A DNA stretch of 64,000 bases from Eledone cirrhosa (taxonomy: Eukaryota): the NCBI GenBank assembly GCA_964016885.1, contig OZ024743.1, positions 254,944,001 to 255,008,000 of the forward strand, written 5' to 3'. A model generated the notes under the pieces. It was not told where the DNA came from, made no database searches, and was given only the letters and a program-made list of their open reading frames with translations. The translations under genes and the position numbers were made by a program. Positions 15,933-29,593 of the stretch are shown piece by piece. The first letter of the stretch is position 1. Each line of letters opens with the position of its first letter.

Positions 15933-16856
15933 TTCAAAGGAATATAAATTGAATTAAGGAGGGAATGTTACATAATGTAATGTTCCATATATTGGTATTT
16001 CACTCTGGTGTCCTGGCTGTATCAGTTGTCAACCATAATCAAGCAGTATTCATCTGTCGAGGCTGCATTGTGTGAGATCTGCCTATGGGTAACAAGATGG
16101 CTGCCAAATGACATATTTACCTTTCTAATTAGAGAGTCGTTTTAGGGGATGTAACTCCTCGAGAGATTAGAAATTGCGGCTAGTTTATAGTTAAGTGCTA
16201 ATTTTTAAATGTTTTATTGAGAGACAGTATAGGGGAGGTAACTTATAATTATCTAAGTTAGTTATAGCTATTTAACTTATTAGCTACAAGTAAAAATGGG
16301 GCTTGATGACTATGTTGGGTCAAATATTCTATTGGCGAAGGAATTAGCCCTTCGATGTTGACAGCTAATAGTTACCTCCGTTCTATCGTAATCGGTAGAG
16401 ATCGTGATAGAGTTATGTAATATGCTTCGGTAATACAGAGATCACAAGATTTTCTTCGTCCATTGAACGGTTGGGCCCAAGCTACGATATCCCATTTTAG
16501 TGAGTGTTGAACGTTGCTTAATTTAAGGTATTTCAATTAGCCTAGCTAGCTTTGGCAGCCATCTTGTTACCCATAGGCAGATCTCACTCAATGCAGCCTC
16601 GACAGATGAATACTGCTTGATTATGGCTGACAACTGATGCAACCAATACACCATAGTGAAAAACCAATATATGGAACATTATATTATGTAACATTCTCTC
16701 ATTATTTTAATTTATATTCCTTTGAAGTTCCGATAAGCCGCTCTGTTTTTTAAATATGTTAATTATTTTCAACTGAACCAGATTAATTATGATATATAGT
16801 CATCTGATCCAGAAATATTATATGGAGTAGCAAAACAATTTTAAACGGACATTATT

Positions 16857-17025
16857 GAGGGTGGTGGATTGGCAGTATCGGTAGAGGGTCGGACGCCATG
16901 CTTTCTAGCATAGTTACGTCCCTTTACAGACTGAGTTCCAATCCCGCCAAGGTTAACTTTGCCTTTCATCCTTACGAGGTAATGTACTGAGTAATTGCTG
17001 GCCTTGTGCCTAAAGAGGAGACAAT
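16857..17025 (+). mobile_element. tRNA-derived SINE inserted in the right arm of the PLE
   Basis: A-box-like tggcagtatcgg, B-box-like gagttccaatcc, core gcctttcatccttacg; absent from the left arm. Confidence 0.8.
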
Positions 17026-17351
17026 TATTATTATTAATATTATTATTATTATTATTCTCTACATTCCTTACATCAAACTAAAATATGTTGACAATCTTTT
17101 AATAATGTCTTCCTTATGAAATTTGTGGTCTTGTTTTGCTTAACTAATGAATATTTCCAGCTCTGTGCACCTAACTTCTGCATGAACCCAGCCACCTAGC
17201 TGCTTTCTACTGCATATTGCACATTGAGCACATGCCTTTACGCTTTGGCTTCTAACTATTCCACCAATCTCTCCTCTCCTATCTCCTCTTCTATCTCCAT
17301 CTCTCTCTTTAAGATTAGTTACTCTTGAAATGTGTATATGCATATATATAC

Positions 17352-17434
<83 letters not shown>

Positions 17435-17812
17435 TATATATATATATATGCATATAACGAAGGAAATGTGGTAAGGAAAAAGATGGACCATAACGCACCA
17501 AAGTACTCAATACTTAGGGTTAGAGTGGGTAATAGGAACCAGTAGGACCCTGACGGTTGAGCTCAAGCTGATATACAGAAAGGGATGGGAACATAAGTTA
17601 GCGTCAATCTCATGACACAAGGTAAAAGAAAGAAAGAAAGGAAGGAGAGAGAAGAAGGGGGAAGAAAGAAGAAGAGAAGCCAGGGTTAATGTCAGCTAAA
17701 AGAAGAAATGCAACTACTATCGGTCAGATATAGGCAAGCAAGAGGGGAAGGAAGATAAGTCTGCGGGAGGAAGACAGGAAGAGGTGAGAAGAGAAGGAAG
17801 AGAAGAGAGAAT

Positions 17813-18830
17813 TAGAAAAGTAAGGGTTGATGGCTACAAGAAGGAAGATAGAAAGAAAGAGGAAGAAAGGTCGATATTAATGTCAGACCACAGTCAGGCC
17901 AGGAGTGACGCGAGAAAATTTTCACAGGGACCCGCATCTTAGCAGAGGTGAATATATTAGGAGTCAGTGTGTTACAATGTTTAGACTTATAGGATGAAGT
18001 TAAAAAATTAATAATCAACATTCAATATTAAAGAGGTTAGAAAATTTAAAGTTCAACTGTTTAACATTTTCAGGTTGATATATCTAATAGTTCCGAATTG
18101 TTCTGTAATTTAAAGGTACTATGTGGCGCTTAAAACACCGGCCGCGCCCCGGGCCCAATGGCGAATGAAGCTACGCCGAGTATTTTCATTTACCGAAAGA
18201 AGGGGAAATATATTTTTCCAAGCACTCCAGGTAAGCACGTTCGCCAGGGAGCTGGTCGCGCCGCCATTAAAACCCACCCAACAGTCCGACAGAAAGTTGA
18301 AACTTTAAAATTTTGCTTAGAGGAGTAGAAAAGTAATGGTTGATGGCTACAAGAAGGGAGATAGAAAGAGAGAGGAAGGAAGGTCGATATTAATGTCAGA
18401 CCACAGTCAGGCCAGGAGTGGCGCGAGAAAATGTTTACAGGGACCCGCATCTTAGCAGAGGTGAATATATTGGGAGTCAGTGTGTTACAATGTTTAGACT
18501 TATAAGATGAAGTTAAAAAATTAATAATCAATATTCAATATTAAAGAGGTTAGAAAATTTAAAGTTCAGCAGTTTAACATTTTCAGGATGATATATCTAA
18601 TAGTTCCGATTTGTTCTGTAATTTAAAGGTACTATGTGGCGGTTAAAACACCGGCCGCGCCCCGGGCCCCATGGCGAATTAAGCTACGCTGAGTATTTTC
18701 ATTTACCGAAAGAAGGGGAAATTTATTTTTCCAAACGATCCAGGTAAGCTCGTGCGCCAGGGAGCTAGTCGCGCCGCCATTAAAACCCACCCAACAGTCC
18801 TACCGAAAGTTGGAACTCTAAAATATCGCT
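17813..18830. repeat. Two tandem ~513 bp direct repeats inside an element (~17457-19048) starting with the same terminus as 39517 and 61162
   Basis: tagaaaagtaa.ggttgatggctacaag at 17813 and 18326; high identity. Confidence 0.85.
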
Positions 18831-19048
18831 TAACTTTATCGGATGAAGTTGAAAGAATTCAGAATAATATTATAAAACTAAAGAGTAAGAAGATTGAGAA
18901 TTGAACAGGCAGAAAATTGAAGATTAAACATTCAAGTAACTTCTATGAGGTTTGGGGTTGCGGGGTTTAATAAAATAGTCTTTTATGAAGAAACGTTAAT
19001 TGTATTATGTAGATCTGTAATTTATCCTAGTGGGATGTAGAGTACGGG

Positions 19049-19115
<67 letters not shown>

Positions 19116-19154
19116 TATACATATATATATATATATTTATATATTCATATATTC

Positions 19155-19189
<35 letters not shown>

Positions 19190-19207
19190 TATTTGTATAT
19201 GCATATA

Positions 19208-19269
<62 letters not shown>

Positions 19270-19293
19270 TACATATATATTTATGCATATACA

Positions 19294-19328
<35 letters not shown>

Positions 19329-19330
19329 GA

Positions 19331-19421
<91 letters not shown>

Positions 19422-19533
19422 TAGAATATTCGAAAATATTCTGTATGTTTATAATAAACATTTTGAAGACCTAATCGCTATAGAATAGAATACGTCACGT
19501 ATTACAATTAGATTCTCGATAAAAGCAAGGGAA

Positions 19534-19576
19534 GTAATCTACGCGTTTCATTCTTGTTAGAAATCATCAGGACTAC
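19534..19576 (-). ncRNA. Minimal type I hammerhead ribozyme (first of 7 minus-strand copies, one every 310 bp)
   Basis: Reverse complement reads gtagtc CTGATGA tttctaacaagaat GAA ACGCGT A gattac. Confidence 0.85.
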
Positions 19577-21827
19577 ATATCCAGTGCTTTTATCGAGAAT
19601 GACACAGCTAGAGACTTATAGAATACTTAGCTGTGTACAGGAACTGGTTTGAAAGAGCGGTTGCCGGTCCGGCAGAAATTAGAAATTGGAATAAATGCTC
19701 TGAAATAGCGATATATATGTGAATATAGACATAGAATATTCGAAAATATTCTGTATGTTTATAATAAACATTTTGAAGACCTAATCGCTATAGAATAGAA
19801 TACGTCACGTATTACAATTAGATTCTCGATAAAAGCAAGGGAAGTAATCTACGCGTTTCATTCTTGTTAGAAATCATCAGGACTACATATCCAGTGCTTT
19901 TATCGAGAATGACACAGCTAGAGACTTATAGAATACTTAGCTGTGTACAGGAACTGGTTTGAAAGAGCGGTTGCCGGTCCGGCAGAAATTAGAAATTGGA
20001 ATAAATGCTCTGAAATAGCGATATATATGTGAATATAGACATCGAATGTTCGAAAATATTCTGTATGTTTATAATAAACATTTTGAAGACCTAATCGCTA
20101 TAGAATAGAATACGTCACGTATTACAATTAGATTCTCGATAAAAGCAAGGGAAGTAATCTACGCGTTTCATTCTTGTTAGAAATCATCAGGACTACATAT
20201 CCAGTGCTTTTATCGAGAATGACACAGCTAGAGACTTATAGAATACTTAGCTGTGTACAGGAACTGGTTTGAAAGAGCGGTTGCCGGTCCGGCAGAAATT
20301 AGAAATTGGAATAAATGCTCTGAAATAGCGATATATATGTGAATATAGACATAGAATATTCGAAAATATTCTGTATGTTTATAATAAACATTTTGAAGAC
20401 CTAATCGCTATAGAATAGAATACGTCACGTATTACAATTAGATTCTCGATAAAAGCAAGGGAAGTAATCTACGCGTTTCATTCTTGTTAGAAATCATCAG
20501 GACTACATATCCAGTGCTTTTATCGAGAATGACACAGCTAGAGACTTATAGAATACTTAGCTGTGTACAGGAACTGGTTTGAAAGAGCGGTTGCCGGTCC
20601 GGCAGAAATTAGAAATTGGAATAAATGCTCTGAAATAGCGATATATATGTGAATATAGACATAGAATATTCGAAAATATTCTGTATGTTTATAATAAACA
20701 TTTTGAAGACCTAATCGCTATAGAATAGAATACGTCACGTATTACAATTAGATTCTCGATAAAAGCAAGGGAAGTAATCTACGCGTTTCATTCTTGTTAG
20801 AAATCATCAGGACTACATATCCAGTGCTTTTATCGAGAATGACACAGCTAGAGACTTATAGAATACTTAGCTGTGTACAGGAACTGGTTTGAAAGAGCGG
20901 TTGCCGGTCCGGCAGAAATTAGAAATTGGAATAAATGCTCTGAAATAGCGATATATATGTGAATATAGACATAGAATATTCGAAAATATTCTGTATGTTT
21001 ATAATAAACATTTTGAAGACCTAATCGCTATAGAATAGAATACGTCACGTATTACAATTAGATTCTCGATAAAAGCAAGGGAAGTAATCTACGCGTTTCA
21101 TTCTTGTTAGAAATCATCAGGACTACATATCCAGTGCTTTTATCGAGAATGACACAGCTAGAGACTTATAGAATACTTAGCTGTGTACAGGAACTGGTTT
21201 GAAAGAGCGGTTGCCGGTCCGGCAGAAATTAGAAATTGGAATAAATGCTCTGAAATAGCGATATATATGTGAATATAGACATAGAATATTCGAAAATATT
21301 CTGTATGTTTATAATAAACATTTTGAAGACCTAATCGCTATAGAATAGAATACGTCACGTATTACAATTAGATTCTCGATAAAAGCAAGGGAAGTAATCT
21401 ACGCGTTTCATTCTTGTTAGAAATCATCAGGACTACATATCCAGTGTTTTATCGAGAATGACACAGCTAGAGACTTATAGAATACTTAGCTGTGTACAGG
21501 AACTGGTTTGAAAGAGCGGTTGCCGGTCCGGCAGAAATTAGAAATTGGAATAAATGCTCTGAAATAGCGATATATATGTGAATATATTGTAATACGTGAC
21601 GTATTCTATTCTATAGCGATTAGGTCTTCAAAATGTTTATTATAAACATACAGAATATTTTCGAATATTCTATGTCTATATTCACATATATATCGCTATT
21701 TCAGAGCATTTATTCCAATTTCTAATTTCTGCCGGACCGGCAACCGCTCTTTCAAACCAGTTCCTGTACACAGCTAAGTATTCTATAAGTCTCTAGCTGT
21801 GTCATTCTCGATAAAAGCACTGGATAT

Positions 21828-21870
21828 GTAGTCCTGATGATTTCTAACAAGAATGAAACGCGTAGATTAC
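21828..21870 (+). ncRNA. Minimal type I hammerhead ribozyme (first of 7 plus-strand copies)
   Basis: gtagtc CTGATGA t ttc taacaa gaa t GAA ACGCGT A gattac; flanked by a 16 bp helix attctcgataaaagca / tgcttttatcgagaat. Confidence 0.87.
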
Positions 21871-23881
21871 TTCCCTTGCTTTTATCGAGAATCTAATTGT
21901 AATACGTGACGTATTCTATTCTATAGCGATTAGGTCTTCAAAATGTTTATTATAAACATACAGAATATTTTCGAATATTCTATGTCTATATTCACATATA
22001 TATCGCTATTTCAGAGCATTTATTCCAATTTCTAATTTCTGCCGGACCGGCAACCGCTCTTTCAAACCAGTTCCTGTACACAGCTAAGTATTCTATAAGT
22101 CTCTAGCTGTGTCATTCTCGATAAAAGCACTGGATATGTAGTCCTGATGATTTCTAACAAGAATGAAACGCGTAGATTACTTCCCTTGCTTTTATCGAGA
22201 ATCTAATTGTAATACGTGACGTATTCTATTCTATAGCGATTAGGTCTTCAAAATGTTTATTATAAACATACAGAATATTTTCGAATATTCTATGTCTATA
22301 TTCACATATATATCGCTATTTCAGAGCATTTATTCCAATTTCTAATTTCTGCCGGACCGGCAACCGCTCTTTCAAACCAGTTCCTGTACACAGCTAAGTA
22401 TTCTATAAGTCTCTAGCTGTGTCATTCTCGATAAAAGCACTGGATATGTAGTCCTGATGATTTCTAACAAGAATGAAACGCGTAGATTACTTCCCTTGCT
22501 TTTATCGAGAATCTAATTGTAATACGTGACGTATTCTATTCTATAGCGATTAGGTCTTCAAAATGTTTATTATAAACATACAGAATATTTTCGAATATTC
22601 TATGTCTATATTCACATATATATCGCTATTTCAGAGCATTTATTCCAATTTCTAATTTCTGCCGGACCGGCAACCGCTCTTTCAAACCAGTTCCTGTACA
22701 CAGCTAAGTATTCTATAAGTCTCTAGCTGTGTCATTCTCGATAAAAGCACTGGATATGTAGTCCTGATGATTTCTAACAAGAATGAAACGCGTAGATTAC
22801 TTCCCTTGCTTTTATCGAGAATCTAATTGTAATACGTGACGTATTCTATTCTATAGCGATTAGGTCTTCAAAATGTTTATTATAAACATACAGAATATTT
22901 TCGAATATTCTATGTCTATATTCACATATATATCGCTATTTCAGAGCATTTATTCCAATTTCTAATTTCTGCCGGACCGGCAACCGCTCTTTCAAACCAG
23001 TTCTGTACACAGCTAAGTATTCTATAAGTCTCTAGCTGTGTCATTCTCGATAAAAGCACTGGATATGTAGTCCTGATGATTTCTAACAAGAATGAAACGC
23101 GTAGATTACTTCCCTTGCTTTTATCGAGAACCTAATTGTAATACGTGACGTATTCTATTCTATAGCGATTAGGTCTTCAAAATGTTTATTATAAACATAC
23201 AGAATATTTTCGAATATTCTATGTCTATATTCACATATATATCGCTATTTCAGAGCATTTATTCCAATTTCTAATTTCTGCCGGACCGGCAACCGCTCTT
23301 TCAAACCAGTTCCTGTACACAGCTAAGTATTCTATAAGTCTCTAGCTGTGTCATTCTCGATAAAAGCACTGGATATGTAGTCCTGATGATTTCTAACAAG
23401 AATAAAACGCGTAGATTACTTCCCTTGCTTTTATCGAGAACTAATTGTAATACGTGACGTATTCTATTCTATAGCGATTAGGTCTTCAAAATGTTTATTA
23501 TAAACATACAGAATATTTTCGAATATTCTATGTCTATATTCACATATATATCGCTATTTCAGAGCATTTATTCCAATTTCTAATTTCTGCCGGACCGGCA
23601 ACCGCTCTTTCAAACCAGTTCCTGTACACAGCTAAGTATTCTATAAGTCTCTAGCTGTGTCATTCTCGATAAAAGCACTGGATATGTAGTCCTGATGATT
23701 TCTAACAAGAATGAAACGCGTAGATTACTTCCCTTGCTTTTATCGAGAATCTAATTGTAATACGTGACGTATTCTATTCTATAGCGATTAGGTCTTCAAA
23801 ATGTTTATTATAAACATACAGAATATTTTCGAATATTCTATGTCTATATTCACATATATATCGCTATTTCAGAGCATTTAT

Positions 23882-23928
<47 letters not shown>

Positions 23929-24131
23929 TAACAGATTAAAGTTTAAGCAAAGAATCGCTGCTTTCACCATTAACGGGATCTTCTGAAACTAACAAAGTCA
24001 ATCTGTAAACGCAGAACTGGATATTTCAAAAAACGTTACAACCGGAGGAAGACAGAAAGACGATACTTTGGTTCGTGGAAACGTTCGCTGGCAAAGAACG
24101 GGAAAATTATTACTATATATATATATATATA

Positions 24132-24174
<43 letters not shown>

Positions 24175-24191
24175 GCATATATATATATATA

Positions 24192-24253
<62 letters not shown>

Positions 24254-24424
24254 GGTTTGATGATATCACCGGATTCATACGGAACCCGGTCATTGAAATG
24301 ATCATAGTATAATAAACCTTTCAGGGATTTACACAAATCCAGCCTCCTGTCATTTCATTATAATTATATATATATATATTCATATATATGCATATATATA
24401 TATATATGCATATATATATATATA

Positions 24425-24484
<60 letters not shown>

Positions 24485-24491
<7 letters not shown>

Positions 24492-24800
24492 TACAATAAC
24501 AGAGATAGTTTAAAGCTAATCTCCGACTGGTAACCATCTCACTCAACAAACATTAGGTTATATTTTAATATAAACCCAATTTAAGTGTTTGGGGTGCTAA
24601 TAATATGTATTACGTGGAAAAGCCAGTTGTATTATTTTATGAGATATAATTAAAGTTAAAATATATCTCTCTTTCCAAACAATTGTTTCATTATATTTTT
24701 TCTACAAATTCGGAGAATATTTCCAGTTTATGTAGAAGCCTAATATACATTCATGTAAGAATATATTTAGGTGGGCGCATATAAATCATCAGTGGAAGCC
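24485..24800 (-). mobile_element. HHR-bearing PLE pLTR fragment, inverted copy of ~3630-3945
   Basis: Reverse-complement match; HHR core at ~24673-24797. Confidence 0.75.
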
Positions 24801-26497
24801 GAATATATATATATATATATATATATATAATGGAAAATTTTGAACAGGGACAAAACAGAGAGGCAGTACAATAAATGTTTATTAATTTCACGCTCAGGAG
24901 AGTGGGGGGTAGCTGGGGGACGACGTTTCGGGCATAAGCCCTTCCTCTGGTGAGAAGTGTGTGGGAACAGAGTTCAAAAGGTGTGTAGGGGCGTGGTTGA
25001 GAGACATATAGCGAAAGGAAACGGTGCCAATGAAAAAATAACAAATAGATATAAAATAAAAATAAAGCATGATCAAAATACAAGGAATGAGAAAATTTAA
25101 AAATAATGGCATGATCAAAATAAACTGAAATTAAAAGGGGGGTAAACAGGTGGTGGAAGGGTGTGGGGTGAGTAGGGGTGGTGGTGGGTGGAGTGGGGAG
25201 AGGGAGACGGGGTGTCCGAGTGGGGAGGGCTGAAAGTGGTGTGTGTGTGTAGGTGTGTGTGTGTGTGTATGTGAAAGTAAGGGTTGGGGGAAGAACGGGG
25301 TTGCATGTTCAGGAAGAGGTGTGTGTGTGGGGGGGGGGGGGTTTAGTGGGTCGGAGTGTCTGTGCGTGTGTGGTTAGGGGGGTGGGGGGAGAGGAATCAG
25401 GAGGCTGAGGGTGTAAATATGTGGTGGGAAGCACGTGTGTGTGGGGTTTAAGCGTGTTGTGGGTGTGGGTGGCGTGTGGAGAAAAATAATTTTTTGGAGT
25501 GTGTGTGTGGGTGAGTTATATAGGTGATTACGTAAGAGGATGGTTGAAAAGTTGGTAAGTTCCAAGGATGTTAGAAGATTGGTTGTAAGTCAAATTCTGC
25601 GTGTGGGTAATCCATGAAGTGGTGGTCGGAAGAGGAGAGATCTGGGGTGCGCGCGCAACAGGAAGTGGTCAGCAGTAGGAGTGCTGTGGTCTGTTGGTGC
25701 TTGGAGGTGGTCAGAAAGGCATAGCAGCAGTCGGTAGAATGGTAAGGGGGCGAGGATGGGTAGGTGTGAAAGTTGGAGTGAGGAGGGTGTGTGTGTGTGT
25801 GTATTAGTAGGGGTGTTAGTGGGATGAGTGAGTGTGGAGCGAGGGTGTGGGTTTCAATATTATTTATTATATATTATATAATACAAGTTACTCATTCTAT
25901 ATCATTCATCTTTATCACTTTCTTCTCTTCCTCTTTTCTTTTTTCTTTTTAATATCTAACCTCTAATCTGTACTTTCTTCCTAACTACTTCTCAATTCTT
26001 ATTATTACTCACCACAACATATCCACTCTTCCATCTTTCTTCATATCATTGGTCATAAAAATTATTATTATCTTTTAAATACAGTATAGTATTACCTTTA
26101 ATAGTCCTTCGTAAACATAAATATTTTTTGACGTTAGATTTTTCTTCCCTAAATTCCTTATTTCTTCCTTTCATGCTCGTTTGACTTTTACATATTACAT
26201 ATTACAATACATAAAAACAAACTTAAACCCTAACTAATTTACTTTAATATATTATATTATTACCATTGGAAATTATTTCGTAAACATATATATTTTTTGA
26301 TTTTAGATATTTTCTTCCTTAAACATTATTTTCTCCTTTGCTTTCTGCGCTCATTTTTAAACAAACTATTTACATATATTACACACACATATTAGATTAC
26401 ATAAAAACAAACTTAAACACTAACTAATTCCTCTAAATGCATAACTCATCCACTCTTCTACTTCTTTTCACGTTATACCCTTAATAACATAAATATT

Positions 26498-26658
26498 AGG
26501 CTCGGACGCCATGCTTTCCAGCATAGATACGTCCCTTTACGATCTGAGTTCAAATCCCGCCGAGGTTGACTTTGCCTTTCATCCTTACGGGGTCGATAAA
26601 ATAAAGTACCAGTAATGCACTGGGTAATTGCTGGCCTTGTGCCTAAAGTAGAAACAAT
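26498..26658 (+). mobile_element. tRNA-derived SINE (5'-truncated)
   Basis: gagttcaaatcccgccgaggttgactttgcctttcatccttacggggtcgataaaataaagtaccag. Confidence 0.82.
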
Positions 26659-26744
26659 TATTTATACTCCAGTCCTACAAACTGTAGAGTGCTACTTATC
26701 CGATATTTGCATTGCTTTATTGTGCTACAATAAAACTCACATCC

Positions 26745-28170
<1,426 letters not shown>

Positions 28171-28700
28171 TTTTGAGTATATGTTGGTTGTATAACAACA
28201 CCTCAGTATGCAAGTTGGAGCTTTCCACGAAGTGCGCAGGTTGGTTTGGTTACTCCAGATTAATGTAAAATAAAATAAAATAAATAAGTCAAATGTTTAA
28301 AATTTAGCTTCGTTTATTACTGCTATATATATATTTCGGTGACAGCCATCTTTGACTGTGACCTCTTCAGGCACTCCGAATTGGTGTGGTGAAGACACGT
28401 ACATATGTTGTTGAGGTGTATAATTCTGTCAATACTCTGATATGCCCAGTTCCTGGTTGGGTTGTTATTTCACTGAGGAAATATGATTCCAGTTCCTCAG
28501 TGAAATAACAACACAACCATGTACTGGGCATGTCAGAGTATTGACAAAATTATACACCTCAACAACATTTGTACTTGTCTGTACCACACTAATTTGGACT
28601 GCCTGGAGAGGTCTCAGCTAAAGATGGCTGACCTCAAAATATATATAGAAGTAATAAACGAAGCTAAATTTTAAACATTTGACTTATTTATTTTATCTTA

Positions 28701-28705
<5 letters not shown>
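28171..28705 (-). mobile_element. Non-autonomous PLE-type hairpin element with HHR
   Basis: ~95 bp tail, then diverged inverted arms ~28270-28480 / ~28493-28698; (TA)n on both sides. Confidence 0.75.
28321..28373 (-). ncRNA. Type I hammerhead ribozyme
   Basis: Minus strand: tgc CTGAAGA ggt cacagtc aaagat ggctgt c acc GAA ATATATATAT A gca. Confidence 0.75.
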
Positions 28706-28781
<76 letters not shown>

Positions 28782-29593
28782 TATATATGTTTGCATATAT
28801 ATTTATATATGCATATATATATATGCATATATATAATGCGGCGATGAATTAGTTTAGCGAGGTTTTTTATATAAAATCGTGTGTCGAAACAGATATTTTT
28901 ATACTTGGGGAGGGTCATATTTGCGTAATATTGCCAGAATTAATAACACAACACACTCACTGTTTGGTTGGTTTTCGCTTCTCGCTGTCTTTTATATCTG
29001 CGATCTAACTTACTCGGTCCTGAATATTGCCATTGACTGACCGACGGTCAAAAATAATACAGATACAATATAGACACAAACACATATATATATAGTTTAC
29101 ATAATTTACATAAATCTTTCGTTGCACATCTGCAACATCGTCAGTGGTGTTATATTCTTTGTTCCTCCTGTTGTGTTGTATGTCTACGCCATTTTTTATT
29201 CAGTCTGTCTATATATTTATTTATTTATTTGCTTGTTTGTTTATCTTATTTTATTTTGTCTTCTTTGCGCATGCGTTTGCGTGTGTGTATAGTGTTATGT
29301 GTGCTGTGTGACTAGTGTGTATAGTGTTGTGTCTGCTGGGTGACTAGTGTGTGTTTATGTGCTTGTTGTTATTGTGCTTGTGTATGTATTTATTTATCTT
29401 ATTTTATTTTATTTTATTTATTTACTTATTTATACTTCTCTCAGGTCAGTGTTGTTTGTTTGGGTGTTGTTGTTGTTCTACTCATTCTTTCTGTTTAGCT
29501 TTGGTCTTCTAATTTCTATTTCACTGACCTCTTTGATTCGTCTATCGGCTGGGTCATTCCTATGTTTAGATATTATTCTAATTTCTATGTTGT

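Larger units (their letters stand above)
15512..17335 (-). mobile_element. 5'-truncated PLE with ~600 bp inverted arms and degenerate GIY-YIG C-terminal core
   Basis: Arms 15512-16108 / 16551-17332; minus strand ~16335-16550 gives LKWDIV..PFNGRRKSCDLCITE..SCQHR. Confidence 0.82.
19416..23887. repeat. Palindromic array of 310 bp hammerhead-containing monomers (retrozyme-like)
   Basis: The atagaatatt marker recurs at 19421, 19731, 20041, 20351, 20661, 20971, 21281; orientation flips at ~21586; ~7.4 reverse units to 23887; (TA)n on both sides. Confidence 0.95.

Noticed and set aside
16857-16960. tRNA gene
   Set aside because: No full cloverleaf; it is the tRNA-derived head of a multicopy SINE
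19416-23887. CRISPR array or ordinary satellite
   Set aside because: There are no unique spacers and the context is eukaryotic. The embedded HHR, the inversion and the TA flanks fit a retrozyme-like insertion better
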